A program made the translations under genes and the position numbers. Shown piece by piece: positions 14,084-27,034 of a stretch of 64,000 nt of DNA. The stretch comes from Octopus bimaculoides. Its lineage: Eukaryota. The notes beneath the pieces were generated by a model. That model was not told the DNA's origin. It made no database searches and saw only the letters and a list, made by a program, of their open reading frames with translations. How positions within the stretch are numbered: position 1 is the stretch's first letter; the number at the start of each line of letters is the position of its first letter. The stretch spans positions 34,901,042-34,965,041 of the forward strand of contig NC_069001.1 of the NCBI RefSeq assembly GCF_001194135.2, read 5' to 3'.

Positions 14084-15149
14084 ATCTAACACGGTTTCGC
14101 CTATCTACCTTCTCTCACTGGTATTACATTTTATCGGCCACGAAAGGGTGAAAAAGCAAACATTGAACTGGTCTGGAATTGAACCCAGATCGCTTGAAAG
14201 CTGAAACACAAATAACACATGGATAGGATTTTGTTCTTCGCTTTATCGAATCTGCCAATTTCATTGTCTTTTCTTCTCCGTCTCTCTCTCTCTCTCTCTC
14301 ACACATTCTTTCACTCGCTCGCTCTTTCTCTCTCTCTCTTCTTCGTGTTGATGTGCACGCGCGTGCACACAAGCATGGCTGTGTAGTAATTTTGTTTCAC
14401 AACTGCGTGATTCCTAATTCGATTCTATCGTGTGCCCCTTGGGCATACCTCCCTGTTATATAGTGCCACTGGTTGACCAATTACGTTGTGAATGGAATTT
14501 GGTAGGCAGAAATTTCAGAAACCCATCGAAAGAGAGAGAGAGAGAGAATGAGAGAGCAGGAAGATTGTTTGTGTGTGTGTGTGTGTGTGTGTATGTAAGA
14601 GAGAGAGAGAATGTTTGTGTGTAGTTATGTGTCTATGTGTGTGTGTGAGAGAAAATTTTGTATGTGTACGTATGTGTGAGAGAGAGAGAGAGACAATGTG
14701 TGAGAGATACAGACAGAAAGAGACAATGTGTGTGACAGGGAGAGAGACAGAAGCGAGAGCGATGCTTGTATGCGTGTGTGTATGTGAGAGAGAATGTACG
14801 TATGTGTGTGTGTGTGTGTGTGTGAGGTTTGTATCAATGTGTGCGCGTGTGTGTGTTGTATATTGGTGTGCTTTCTTTTCATTGTTCATAATTTGTCCCA
14901 TAACTTACAGATCGACGAATAGAGATCGATAAAATAAGTGCCAGACTGAAAAATAATTATCCACATCGATCGATAGATATGACGTTTTTACTCCTTTGAA
15001 GGCACTGCCCCTGCGTAATCTAAATGATTGTAACTAATAAAAGAAAATGCACACACACAAAAGCACCTATCCGCGTGAATATGTGTGTGTGTGTGGGGGG
15101 GAGATAGTTACATACGTGTGTACAGACAGATTAGATAGATAGATAGATC

Positions 15150-15186
<37 letters not shown>

Positions 15187-15187
<1 letters not shown>

Positions 15188-15404
15188 GGCGGCGAGCTGG
15201 TACAATAGTTAGCACGCCGGACAAAATGCTAAGCAGCATTCCGTCCGTCATTACGATCTGAGTTCAAATCCCGACGTGGCCGACTTTGCCTTTCAACCTT
15301 TCGCGCTTGATAAATAAAAGTACCAGTTGTGCACTGAGATCAGTATACTCAACTAGCCCCACCTACTCCAAAATTTCAGGCCTTCTGCCTTGATGAGAAA
15401 GAAT
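15187..15404 (+). mobile_element. SINE A copy
   Basis: Full-length alignment to the other A copies; diverged but CpGs retained. Confidence 0.85.
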
Positions 15405-15940
15405 GAATATATATATATATATTTAGAGAGAGAGAGAGAGAGAGATGTGGCTATGAGACCTTGCAGTGGAAACATTCAATCGTTTGTCAGCATTTATATA
15501 GAATCGAACATCGCCTTGCTGATAGATTCAAATCGGGAATTCTTCTGTGTACGTATAAGCCACTAATCAAGTTTCCATAATTTTCTTTGCTTTAACTGGC
15601 AAATTTTAAAGCGAAACGACGATGTGGTTCTAGAAAGATAGAAGCAATTTAAATTCCATCTATATTCGCTGCTCACGGACGGTGTGCGTGCGTATACACG
15701 TCCGTTAGTCCTTCGGATGTCAGACCAGTGTTCTAGCTGCATATAAAAAGCATAAAAGCCACACAAGAAACATAGTCATATACACTTGCACATACTCCCA
15801 AACCGATAGAGATAGATAGATATAGCCGGTATGGGTTTGCTCTGGGTTTCTCGTCCATTAAGCGCTTAGCTTTACAGAGTTTTTTTCAGACCCTAAACTC
15901 GTTGGTCTATGGCCTCTCTAGCAAGTAACCTCTTTGGAAA

Positions 15941-16103
15941 ATGATACTCTGCAGTCTGCCGCTCTATAACTTAGAGTGCGTTTCTTTATCGGTATTGAAG
16001 TCGATTAAAACTTTACAAACTGCTGCTCAGTTTCACGTAACCCGTTCGTCAGACAGTCGTGATAAACTATTCCGTATTACACTGATCGGCGGAGGCATTC
16101 AAG
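15941..16103 (+). CDS. Candidate first/internal exon ending at a consensus donor
   Basis: GAAAATGA start and an open frame MILCSLPLYNLECVSLSVLKSIKTLQTAAQFHVTRSSDSRDKLFRITLIGGGIQ up to AAG|GTGAGT at 16103/16104, in unique CpG-containing sequence. No homology recognised. Confidence 0.15.
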
Positions 16104-16373
16104 GTGAGTAAAATACTGGGAAAAGGTTGGAAATGCGTTGAAATAAATATGTATATACTTTTGTGTAATTAAAACAAGTTTAGCTTTTTAAGAAAAGGGG
16201 GAAAATAGATTTGTTCTATGTATTCATGTGTATGAAAATAAAAATACGAAAAATAAATGTTTTCGTATTATAGTTTAACTGAAAATATATTGGTGTACGT
16301 ATTCATAGCATAAGTTTGACATTTATCTATCAATCTATTATATATATTTATGATATATATATATATTATTTAT

Positions 16374-16635
16374 TTATGCGCCCTTTTAAAGCCTACCCAG
16401 GCTCGTGGGCCCAGTTTCCCGGTTTCTATGGCGTATGGGTCCCCCCCCCCCAGCTGGACGGGACGCCAGTCCATCGCAAGAGACAGGAAGAAAGAGTGAG
16501 AGAAAGTTGGGGCGAAAGAGTACAACAGGGGTCGCCACGCCCCCTGCCGAGGCCTCGTGGAGCTTTAGGTGTGTTTTCGCTCAATAAACACACACACACA
16601 CACAACGCCCGGTCTGGGAATCGAAACTGCGACCC
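16374..16635 (-). mobile_element. SINE D2 (D head/body with a different tail)
   Basis: Shares GAGCGAAAACAC..AAAGCTCCACGAGG..TGTACTCTTTC..ACTTTCTCTCACTCTTTCTTCCTG with D1, then switches to GATGGACTGGCGTCCCGTCCAG..CATACGCCATAGAAACCGGG. Confidence 0.85.
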
Positions 16636-18465
16636 NNNNNNNNNNATATATATATATATATATATATATATATACGCGCATATATATGCGCGCGCGCGCG
16701 TACAAGAACGCATGACCACTAAGTGGACATCCGATATGCTAGAAAGAGGTCATCCGGTTGAAGGGTATATTATTGCATCACAACGTCTGGAAATTTTACT
16801 CCAGAGTGCATGCCCGATCAAGGTTTATAGAAGCCTAAGTAGAAAGATACCCAAGCAAGAGGCTTCGCGTTTCCCCGGCTTCCATTTTGGCCAAGGGAAA
16901 AAAGATAGTGCTTCTATCAGTCTCGATTTTTATTGATCCTCGAAGACGAACGCAAAAACATCTTAAGTGGCGGAATACAGACATTGCCAGACATCTCGTT
17001 CAACGCTCTTAGTAATTTTCTGCCAAGTTATTGCCTGAAGCTAGTATTTTAATTTATCGATCTGCAAAAATTGAGAGGCAAGTTGACCTCACAATGCAAA
17101 ATATGTTTGTATGCGCGCTCGCCATTATCTATTATTATTGTTTTGTGGATTTTTTTTCGTAATCTACACAATTTTGAAAAAAAAATGCGTTTAAAGAAAA
17201 TTTCATTAAAAATTATTCACCGAAATAAGTAAAAAAAAAAAAAAACTTTTAAAAAAAGAGTATAATAATGTTTCTGAAAGTTTATGCTCTACAATAATTC
17301 CGATATAATTGTAATTCTACACCAATAAAAAGTATTTGTTGAAAATTTTCATTAAAAAATACGTATTTCTCTGAAAGTTATGAGGAAACAAAGTCAAGTG
17401 GAAATACACTTCTGTAGGTATGCCGCACGTACGTTAGCTTTCCATCTTCAATTGTTTGAATATTTCTGGGAGAAAATTCTTCATAACAAAGAAACAAAAA
17501 CAAATCTCAACACGAACGGGAAAGAGTATATTTATATTAAATTTATAATCTGGTTAGAGAGAGAGAAGCTGTCGATTTCGAAGTGGATATTTTTCTGTTT
17601 CTGAATTTTTAAAAAAATTCTACGTTTACGTCGAACACCCTAAATTACGGCAAAGTGAAGGACTCACCATAAGTAACACCGATTTTATTTTTAGATTAGT
17701 ATACACGCATACGCATATAGATATGCAAAAGATATATATACACAAACAGGTGAACTTCTGCGCCGTTTCTGTCTAACGAATTCCACACACCTATGTATCG
17801 GTCTACTTGAAGATGTAACAGAAGATATTTGCTTATGGTGACCCAGTTTGCCCATGATACCACACAGTGAGATCGAATCGGGAACTATGTGATTATGAAG
17901 CGAAGTTTTTAACTACGCATGGAGTTTTTAAAAAAGAAACATTCACATTTTCAAGGCAGCTGATCTTTATAACTGAACATTATCTTTATACATGTTTACA
18001 TGTCCGTACGTACTCTATATTCTCTTCTGTTTTTAATTATGAGAAGCCTTCCTGCAAGGAATGAGCTGGTTTCTAACAATCATACAAAGCTCCATCGTTG
18101 GAATAAAAAAAATAATATGAAAAATGTCACGTTTTGAATTAGTGGTTAGTTGTATTCATCTTTCGATGTAATGTACTGTACTATAGGGTAGAATTTCTAT
18201 AGATTATAGTGCAAGCGCTGAGATGTATAAACACTTTGCTCTTATATGCAATAATTTCTGCAGATATATTATACACAAATGGCAAAGTGTTTACACCTGC
18301 CTATTTACATACACTTTCGGCCAGCTAAAATCAATGGATATATTTTGTTGCAGTGTGTACTACTCGCCATTTCTGTTTATTTCATATTTTAGTCAAGCGG
18401 ACAAGCAATGTCCATGACTCGTTATTGGACCTCAGCGGTTGGTTAGAGGAAGCTATCCTCAAGCC

Positions 18466-18708
18466 CAGTGGTTCACAACCAGGATCAGTATGACCCTTCG
18501 GGGTCCACATAAGATTTTGTTGCCAAAATTATGTGCAATAAGTTGGGTATACTCTCTTACTGTAATGCTCAAAATATTTTAACAAATTTTTTTTTATATA
18601 ATCCCTTATAATATCTAATTACCAAGGTATAATAGGACTTCTTAAGCTTCGAATAATTATTAGGGTCCATCTGAGTAAAATAGTAGTCAAAGGGATCCAT
18701 AGGTAAAA
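18466..18708 (+). mobile_element. hAT-like MITE copy, right end lost in N-gap
   Basis: Starts CAGTGGTTCACAACC...TATGACCCTTCGGGGTCCACATAAGATTTTGTTGCCAAAATTTATGTGCAAT, homologous to the 13583-14083 and 40969-41206 copies. Confidence 0.7.
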
Positions 18709-19577
18709 NNNNNNNNNNNNNNNNNNNNNNNNNNNNNNNNNNNNNNNNNNNNNNNNNNNNNNNNNNNNNNNNNNNNNNNNNNNNNNNNNNNNNNNNNNNN
18801 NNNNNNNNNNNNNNNNNNNNNNNNNNNNNNNNNNNNNNNNNNNNNNNNNNNNNNNNNNNNNNNNNNNNNNNNNNNNNNNNNNNNNNNNNNNNNNNNNNNN
18901 NNNNNNNNNNNNNNNNNNNNNNNNNNNNNNNNNNNNNNNNNNNNNNNNNNNNNNNNNNNNNNNNNNNNNNNNNNNNNNNNNNNNNNNNNNNNNNNNNNNN
19001 NNNNNNNNNNNNNNNNNNNNNNNNNNNNNNNNNNNNNNNNNNNNNNNNNNNNNNNNNNNNNNNNNNNNNNNNNNNNNNNNNNNNNNNNNNNNNNNNNNNN
19101 NNNNNNNNNNNNNNNNNNNNNNNNNNNNNNNNNNNNNNNNNNNNNNNNNNNNNNNNNNNNNNNNNNNNNNNNNNNNNNNNNNNNNNNNNNNNNNNNNNNN
19201 NNNNNNNNNNNNNNNNNNNNNNNNNNNNNNNNNNNNNNNNNNNNNNNNNNNNNNNNNNNNNNNNNNNNNNNNNNNNNNNNNNNNNNNNNNNNNNNNNNNN
19301 NNNNNNNNNNNNNNNNNNNNNNNNNNNNNNNNNNNNNNNNNNNNNNNNNNNNNNNNNNNNNNNNNNNNNNNNNNNNNNNNNNNNNNNNNNNNNNNNNNNN
19401 NNNNNNNNNNNNNNNNNNNNNNNNNNNNNNNNNNNNNNNNNNNNNNNNNNNNNNNNNNNNNNNNNNNNNNNNNNNNNNNNNNNNNNNNNNNNNNNNNNNN
19501 NNNNNNNNNNNNNNNNNNNNNNNNNNNNNNNNNNNNNNNNNNNNNNNNNNNNNNNNNNNNNNNNNNNNNNNNNNNNA

Positions 19578-19719
19578 ATATCCCCGAGAACTACGTTAAG
19601 GGTACACGTGTCTGTGGAGTGCTCAGCCACTTGCACTTTAATTTCACGAGCAGGCTGTTCCGTTGATCGGATCAAGTGGAACCCTCGACGTCGTAAGCGA
19701 CGGAGTGCCAACAACAACT
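19578..19719 (+). mobile_element. SINE D1 3' part (5' part in gap)
   Basis: Near-identical to the reverse complement of 32690-32830 (GAACTACGTTAAGGGTACACGTGTCTGTGGAGTGCTCAGCCACTTGCAC...GGAGTGCCAACAACAAC). Confidence 0.9.
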
Positions 19720-19779
19720 TAGATGTCCGATGAAAGAGAATATTGGACCTCTGCATTTTCTATGTTATCTTTCTTTTTA

Positions 19780-20295
19780 TTATACGAAATTTTCTTTTAA
19801 GTTATTGGGTCATAAGTTAACTATTTGTATTAAGTTTGTACGTTGTATAACATACGTGTGTGTATGTGCGAGAGAGAAAGTTTGACTCTAAGGCTTTCAC
19901 TGTATTATCTTTGACAGATCTTTTCAAGACCTAGTTCCTTTATACTTCAGTCTGATTTTATATACACCAGCAACACAAAAAAAACCTGCTAGAAAAAGTA
20001 GCCACGATTTTTCCACAAAGGAAAATTGAAAGGAAACTCTTCCATCGTAAATAAAATGCGACATACTTAATCGGATACTGAACTGGTGTCGTCGGTGTAT
20101 CGTGTGACTTGGGGACGAGACAGTGGTTATGATTTCGTTAGGAATGTCTTAGATGATAAGTTTTCTCGATCAAGTTTGTCCTGGGGATAAACAGCAACAG
20201 CTCCAAAATAGCTGATTATTAATAAGCCCCTTGTTCATTTGTTCACTTTATTTTATTAAGCGTGGTAACCTTTTATGTCACACACACACACACAC
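19780..20295 (+). repeat. Diverged local duplication, copy 1
   Basis: Colinear with 27035-27595, including unique flanks on both sides of an E element. Confidence 0.8.
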
Positions 20296-22345
20296 ACATA
20301 TACTATTATGTGTTGTTAGGCTGTCTCGTGTCTGCATTTTACTTTTGAAAAGACCGAATGTTCCATTAAAGCGGCGGGCTGGCAAGAATCGTGAGCTGGT
20401 CGGAAAAAATGCTTAGCGACATTTCTTCCGTTTTTTTACGTTCAATCTCGCCGAAGACTACTTTGTCTTTCATATTTTAAAATAAAGTACCAATCAAGTA
20501 CTGGGATCGATGTAATCGATTTGTTCCCTCCCTTCAAAATTGCTGGCGTTGAGTCCTGCAACAGACTGGCATTTTATTCAGAGAGAATATTGTGGTCTCG
20601 TTCACCTATAAGTCGTGGAACCTGGTAACCACCCTTCAGTCCTAGGGCTCCAAAAAAATATATAGATANNNNNNNNNNNNNNNNNNNNNNNNNNNNNNNN
20701 NNNNNNNNNNNNNNNNNNNNNNNNNNNNNNNNNNNNNNNNNNNNNNNNNNNNNNNNNNNNNNNNNNNNNNNNNNNNNNNNNNNNNNNNNNNNNNNNNNNN
20801 NNNNNNNNNNNNNNNNNNNNNNNNNNNNNNNNNNNNNNNNNNNNNNNNNNNNNNNNNNNNNNNNNNNNNNNNNNNNNNNNNNNNNNNNNNNNNNNNNNNN
20901 NNNNNNNNNNNNNNNNNNNNNNNNNNNNNNNNNNNNNNNNNNNNNNNNNNNNNNNNNNNNNNNNNNNNNNNNNNNNNNNNNNNNNNNNNNNNNNNNNNNN
21001 NNNNNNNNNNNNNNNNNNNNNNNNNNNNNNNNNNNNNNNNNNNNNNNNNNNNNNNNNNNNNNNNNNNNNNNNNNNNNNNNNNNNNNNNNNNNNNNNNNNT
21101 ATTAAGATATTTAAAAAGAAGTGTGTTATTAAGAATTAAACGGTGTTTTTTCTTTTTTCTTTTTTTTTCATACGATTTGTAGAAACTTTGTCAGCGCGTG
21201 AACTGCGGACGTCTGCTTTTCCATACATGCAGAATTTATTCCGCAGAATTCTGTTTTAAGTATCCTATATAACACCACAATTGTTTTCATTTTTTGGAAT
21301 TTTCAGAAAATATTTGCGTATCTGTGTTCTACACACAGGAATTATGACAAACAAAAAACAATTAAAAAAATTTTTTTAAACCCCTTCCCCCACATAAATC
21401 CTTCGTATGGCCTTCGTCTCCCAAATTCACACACCAGGCATTGGTCAGCTACAGTAGAAGACTCTTGCCCACGATGCCGCACTGTGGTATCGAACCCGAA
21501 ACCGACAGGTTGCGAAGCGAACATCGTAACCCACACAGCCGAGTGTTACTGCTTATGAAGTGTAAGAGACATTATATGAAGCATAAGTTAAAACACGAGT
21601 GAAAAAAAGGTCCTTAACAGATAAAACGAAACCCTTAGATTAGAATGTTAGAGGAATTTCAATTCGACCTGGAGGGATGGGGTTTACACTAGCAGGGAGC
21701 TTTATTTAGCTGGGTAGTCGGTCAGTGAAACAAGATGTCAACTAATTTCATACGCCTTTCTTTGAATCAGTTTAATCCACTTGGATTTACGTGTAAGCTC
21801 TTTTCTATGAATCATTATAAATAGAAAATTTATTAAACATTACGTAGTTTCAATGTTGTGAAGGCCGATTATAAATGCTTTGAGGTGGTTTGCCATGTAC
21901 GTACGTCCTATTTGCCTTTTTACTTTGGAAAAAAAAATATTGCCCGCATCCACAGCTACGAAGGATCAATTGTAGTAAGGAGCCACTACATGATCGCTCT
22001 CTGTGCTAGAAACAACAGCTGAATATATGAAAGTCACACAAATACCGTCTTTTAAGAAAAAAAAAGCCACATTTGATATGATATAATGTGATTCTAAGAA
22101 GATAAAACTAGATGACGATAGCTGGAACACTTCACCCTCAGGGGGACACGCAGATACAGACACAACAACTTCCAGAACGGTGAAGCTCCGGAACATTTTT
22201 TTCAATTCGTTCTAATTTAAATTAATAAGGTGTCTGTGTTTCATTTAATCATTTAAATAAATTTAATATTTGTGTAATTTAGAGAGTGCGTCGACCAAAT
22301 CCGGAAAGGTTCCTGAAAATCAATGTTATATATATTATTTTATTA

Positions 22346-22721
22346 TTTTACTTGTTTCAGTCATTTGACTGCGGCCATGCTGGAGCACCGCCTTTTAGTC
22401 GAACAAGTCGACCCCAGGCCTTATTCTTTGTAAGCCTAATACTTATTTTATCGGTCTCTTTTGCTGACCCGCTAGGCGATGGGAACATAAACACACCAGC
22501 ATCGGTTGTCAAGCGATGGTGTGGACACACACACACATATATATATACACGACGGGCTTCTTTCAGTTTCCATCTACCAAATCCAAACAAATCTACCCAC
22601 AAAGCTTTGGTCGGCCTGAGGCTATAGTAGTAGCTGCTTACCCAAGGTGCCACGCAGTGGGACTGAACTCGGAACCATGTGGTTGGTAAGCAAGCTACAT
22701 ACCACACTGCCATTCCTGCGC
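22346..22721 (-). mobile_element. SINE B, near full length (tRNA head, CORE-like segment, internal microsatellite, 3' module)
   Basis: The minus-strand head has GGTTCCGAGTTCAGTCCC (B-box-like), then CACCTTGGGTAAGC (resembling the MIR/CORE ACCTTGGGCAAGT motif), a (TA)/(TG) linker and the tail GGCGGTGCTCCAGCATGGCCGCAGTCAAATGACTGAAACAAG. tRNA-derived CORE-type SINEs (OR family) are reported from octopus; identity is not verified. Confidence 0.88.
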
Positions 22722-24684
22722 GCGCATATATATATANNNNNNNNNNNNNNNNNNNNNNNNNNNNNNNNNNNNNNNNNNNNNNNNNNNNNNNNNNNNNNNN
22801 NNNNNNNNNNNNNNNNNNNNNNNNNNNNNNNNNNNNNNNNNNNNNNNNNNNNNNNNNNNNNNNNNNNNNNNNNNNNNNNNNNNNNNNNNNNNNNNNNNNN
22901 NNNNNNNNNNNNNNNNNNNNNNNNNNNNNNNNNNNNNNNNNNNNNNNNNNNNNNNNNNNNNNNNNNNNNNNNNNNNNNNNNNNNNNNNNNNNNNNNNNNN
23001 NNNNNNNNNNNNNNNNNNNNNNNNNNNNNNNNNNNNNNNNNNNNNNNNNNNNNNNNNNNNNNNNNNNNNNTATATATATTAGACGCACTGTGTATTTGCT
23101 TATTTAGACAGATTCGTTTCTGATTTAAGAGTCTTAGCAACAATCAATGGCCTCTCGTTATGCTCATGTACTTGAGTACACACAAGTTTCGTATATTCTT
23201 AGTCATCGATTTTTATATACAATTTACACACACACACATTCGCACCCGCTCTATTTCTAAGAACTCTTACACAATTCACATTCACCTGTTTTAACGATGG
23301 GAGTATTAAACGAAAGTTTCTTAGTGCAATCATCGTTATTATTATTGTAGTTATTATTATTATTATTATTATTATTAGTTGTGGCAGTAGTAGTAGTAGT
23401 AGTAGTAGTAGTCGTTGCTGTTGTTGTTGATGAACTAGTGAGTTGTCATCAAAGACTGTTTTGATTTTACTTGTGAAATAAAATTTCCTGCCAATAACGT
23501 CTGGTTAATGAAATAATTCCTTCGCAATCGTTTTTCTTGGAACAATAAATGTTGTCTGACCGTGCGGCAGATTTCGAGGAGGCGTAAAAGAAAAACAAAA
23601 GACAAAAAAAAAAAAGAAAAGGTTAAGCAAAAAAAACAAAACACGGAAGGTTTAATTCTTGAAGCGAGCGAAAGCCGTCATCCTCGTTTGTCTCCAAACC
23701 AAATGCCTAAACGAGTGACAATTATGTTATAATTCCAATGAATTAACCAAGCTATCGGCATTCTCTCTCTCCCTCTCCGTCCGTCTCCCATTTTGGGGCG
23801 GCAGGGCACGGCTGTGCGGTTAAGAAGCTCGTTTGACAGTCGCATGGTTTCGGGTTCGGTCCCATTGCACGATTCCTTGGGCAAGTGTCTTTTCCAACAC
23901 CCCCTGGACGNNNNNNNNNNNNNNNNNNNNNNNNNNNNNNNNNNNNNNNNNNNNNNNNNNNNNNNNNNNNNNNNNNNNNNNNNNNNNNNNNNNNNNNNNN
24001 NNNNNNNNNNNNNNNNNNNNNNNNNNNNNNNNNNNNNNNNNNNNNNNNNNNNNNNNNNNNNNNNNNNNNNNNNNNNNNNNNNNNNNNNNNNNNNNNNNNN
24101 NNNNNNNNNNNNNNNNNNNNNNNNNNNNNNNNNNNNNNNNNNNNNNNNNNNNNNNNNNNNNNNNNNNNNNNNNNNNNNNNNNNNNNNNNNNNNNNNNNNN
24201 NNNNNNNNNNNNNNNNNNNNNNNNNNNNNNNNNNNNNNNNNNNNNNNNNNNNNNNNNNNNNNNNNNNNNNNNNNNNNNNNNNNNNNNNNNNNNNNNNNNN
24301 NNNNNNNNNNNNNNNNNNNNNNNNNNNNNNNNNNNNNNNNNNNNNNNNNNNNNNNNNNNNNNNNNNNNNNNNNNNNNNNNNNNNNNNNNNNNNNNNNNNN
24401 NNNNNNNNNNNNNNNNNNNNNNNNNNNNNNNNNNNNNNNNNNNNNNNNNNNNNNNNNNNNNNNNNNNNNNNNNNNNNNNNNNNNNNNNNNNNNNNNNNNN
24501 NNNNNNNNNNNNNNNNNNNNNNNNNNNNNNNNNNNNNNNNNNNNNNNNNNNNNNNNNNNNNNNNNNNNNNNNNNNNNNNNNNNNNNNNNNNNNNNNNNNN
24601 NNNNNNNNNNNNNNNNNNNNNNNNNNNNNNNNNNNNNNNNNNNNNNNTGTCTGAATAATTTATGAGCCGACTCCCCCATTTTGT

Positions 24685-24715
<31 letters not shown>

Positions 24716-24755
24716 GTCTTCGAAACGTCTGGATAGAATAGAGACAGCTGATGAA

Positions 24756-24777
24756 GGGATATTCCAAGGGGCTTTCC
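24756..24777 (+). promoter_or_regulatory. Tandem NF-kB/Rel-like sites
   Basis: GGGATATTCC-AA-GGGGCTTTCC; both decamers fit GGGRNNYYCC. Function is untested. Confidence 0.3.
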
Positions 24778-26094
24778 GTTTTCCTATGTGTTCGTTCCGT
24801 TGTCTGTAGTTTATTGTTCTAACGTCCTGTACCCTGATATGCATGTATATACACATGTAGATGTAAGTATGTACATATATGTGTGTATACATGTATATAT
24901 ATTCTTTGTATTATTATATATGTATATATCTATACACACACACACACACACATCTTATGCGATTACAATTGTTCCGCACTACCAGTATATTGAACTCTCT
25001 ACACTTCCTTATATATCGAAGAAAAATGCTTTGAAGATAATCCAGTTTCTTTCGACCGGTCTCCATAGATACGCGCGTGCCTGTGTGTGTGTGATTTCCC
25101 ACTCATTCTCTACGTGGCTGTTTCCCTCTTTCTGTCGTTATATACTAATGTCCACCCCGTGCACGCTTTATATCACTAAATCATTCGTCTCGACGATGGA
25201 GCTTCTACGTGGTCGCTTGCTGTACTAGAAATAGTAATCAAGTCTTCATCGAATCGCACCTCCTAGCGTCTTAAATAAACGTTATAATGTTCTCCTTAGT
25301 TCCCTGTAAATAATAATAATAATAATAAATCGATGGGACGGTCACTGCTGGAAGGCTTTTGATCGTAAGTCTTCTTGGTCAGGTCTATCTTTGTGCTAAA
25401 CAACAACGGCAACGCGTCTCCTTCAACTTCTGTCAAAGTTTCTTTTCATGCTATCGATTTTTTCCCTCCTCTTAAAGCCATCTGACTAAATTTAATCCTG
25501 TCGTCTTTCTTCGCCACTTAAGTTTCCGCTTCTCTTATTTGTGCCCTTATTTTTAATCGCCTGAAGTGTAGCAGTCCTTGTTAGTTACTTCTGACTGGTA
25601 ATAATCTCTCTTTCTACACACACACACACACACACACACAATANNNNNNNNNNNNNNNNNNNNNNNNNNNNNNNNNNNNNNNNNNNNNNNNNNNNNNNNN
25701 NNNNNNNNNNNNNNNNNNNNNNNNNNNNNNNNNNNNNNNNNNNNNNNNNNNNNNNNNNNNNNNNNNNNNNNNNNNNNNNNNNNNNNNNNNNNNNNNNNNN
25801 NNNNNNNNNNNNNNNNNNNNNNNNNNNNNNNNNNNNNNNNNNNNNNNNNNNNNNNNNNNNNNNNNNNNNNNNNNNNNNNNNNNNNNNNNNNNNNNNNNNN
25901 NNNNNNNNNNNNNNNNNNNNNNNNNNNNNNNNNNNNNNNNNNNNNNNNNNNNNNNNNNNNNNNNNNNNNNNNNNNNNNNNNNNNNNNNNNNNNNNNNNNN
26001 NNNNNNNNNNNNNNNNNNNNNNNNNNNNNNNNNNNNNNNNNNNNNNNNNNNNNNNNNNNNNNNNNNNNNNNNNNNNNNNNNNNNNNNNNNNNNN

Positions 26095-26417
26095 CACAAG
26101 GCCAGTAATTTCGGGGAGGGGGTAAGTCGATTGCAGCGACTCCAGTACTCAGCTGGTACTTATTTTATCGACCCCCGAAAGGATGAAAGGTAAAATCGAC
26201 CACGGCGGAATTTGAACTCGGAACGTCAAGATGAACGAAATTCTGCATAGCATTATGCCCGGCGTGCTAACGTTCTTATTTCTTTACTGCCCACAAGGGG
26301 CTAAACATAGAGGGGACAAACAAGGACAGACAAAAGGATTAAGTCGATTATACCGACCCCAGTGCGTAACTGGTGCTTAATTTATCGACCTCGAAACGAT
26401 GAAAGGCAAAGTCGCCC
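26095..26417 (-). mobile_element. Two adjacent SINE A copies; 26279-26417 has an alternative tail
   Basis: 26095-26275 is a standard A copy. 26279-26417 has the A core followed (minus strand) by CCTTTTGTCTGTCCTTGTTTGTCCCCTCTATGTTTAGCCCCTTGTGGGCAGTAAAGAA. Confidence 0.8.
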
Positions 26418-27034
26418 TGTGTTTGTTCTGATAATGCATACACACGCGCGTAGATATATAGACATATATTATTATTATTATTATTATTACGCACATACAT
26501 ATGGCTATCTACACGTCAATCTATAGTCAAATTTCACTAACAATGCATTTGGTCAACCGTGGGTTAAAATAGAAAATTAAAAATCACGCAATGGGACCGA
26601 ACCCAGAACACCCACGACTGCTGATCGAATTTCTTGGAAATTACACCTTGACGTTTTTAATATACATATATGCAGTCTTTGTGTGTGTGTGTGTGCGTGT
26701 TCAAAATCCATTAGAGTGAATCATTTCTATGCTTTTATATTTTTTTAGACAACGCAATGATGTTTTTTTAATGGGTTGGAGTTTTCGTGATTTCGGGTGG
26801 ATCCGAAAATTTTCACGACGTATGAAAATATTGCGATAAAAGGAATAGCGCTCAAAAGCTTTCTTACTTGTGTATGTTGTGACGTGTCTATGCACACACA
26901 CACACACGTTTATTATATACATACTTGTCTGCAAATATATATATCTATATATACGTATGTGCATATTTATACATTCACATGTGTGTATGTATGTATATGC
27001 ATTTGGTACCTGTGTATAATAAGTGTCCATGACA

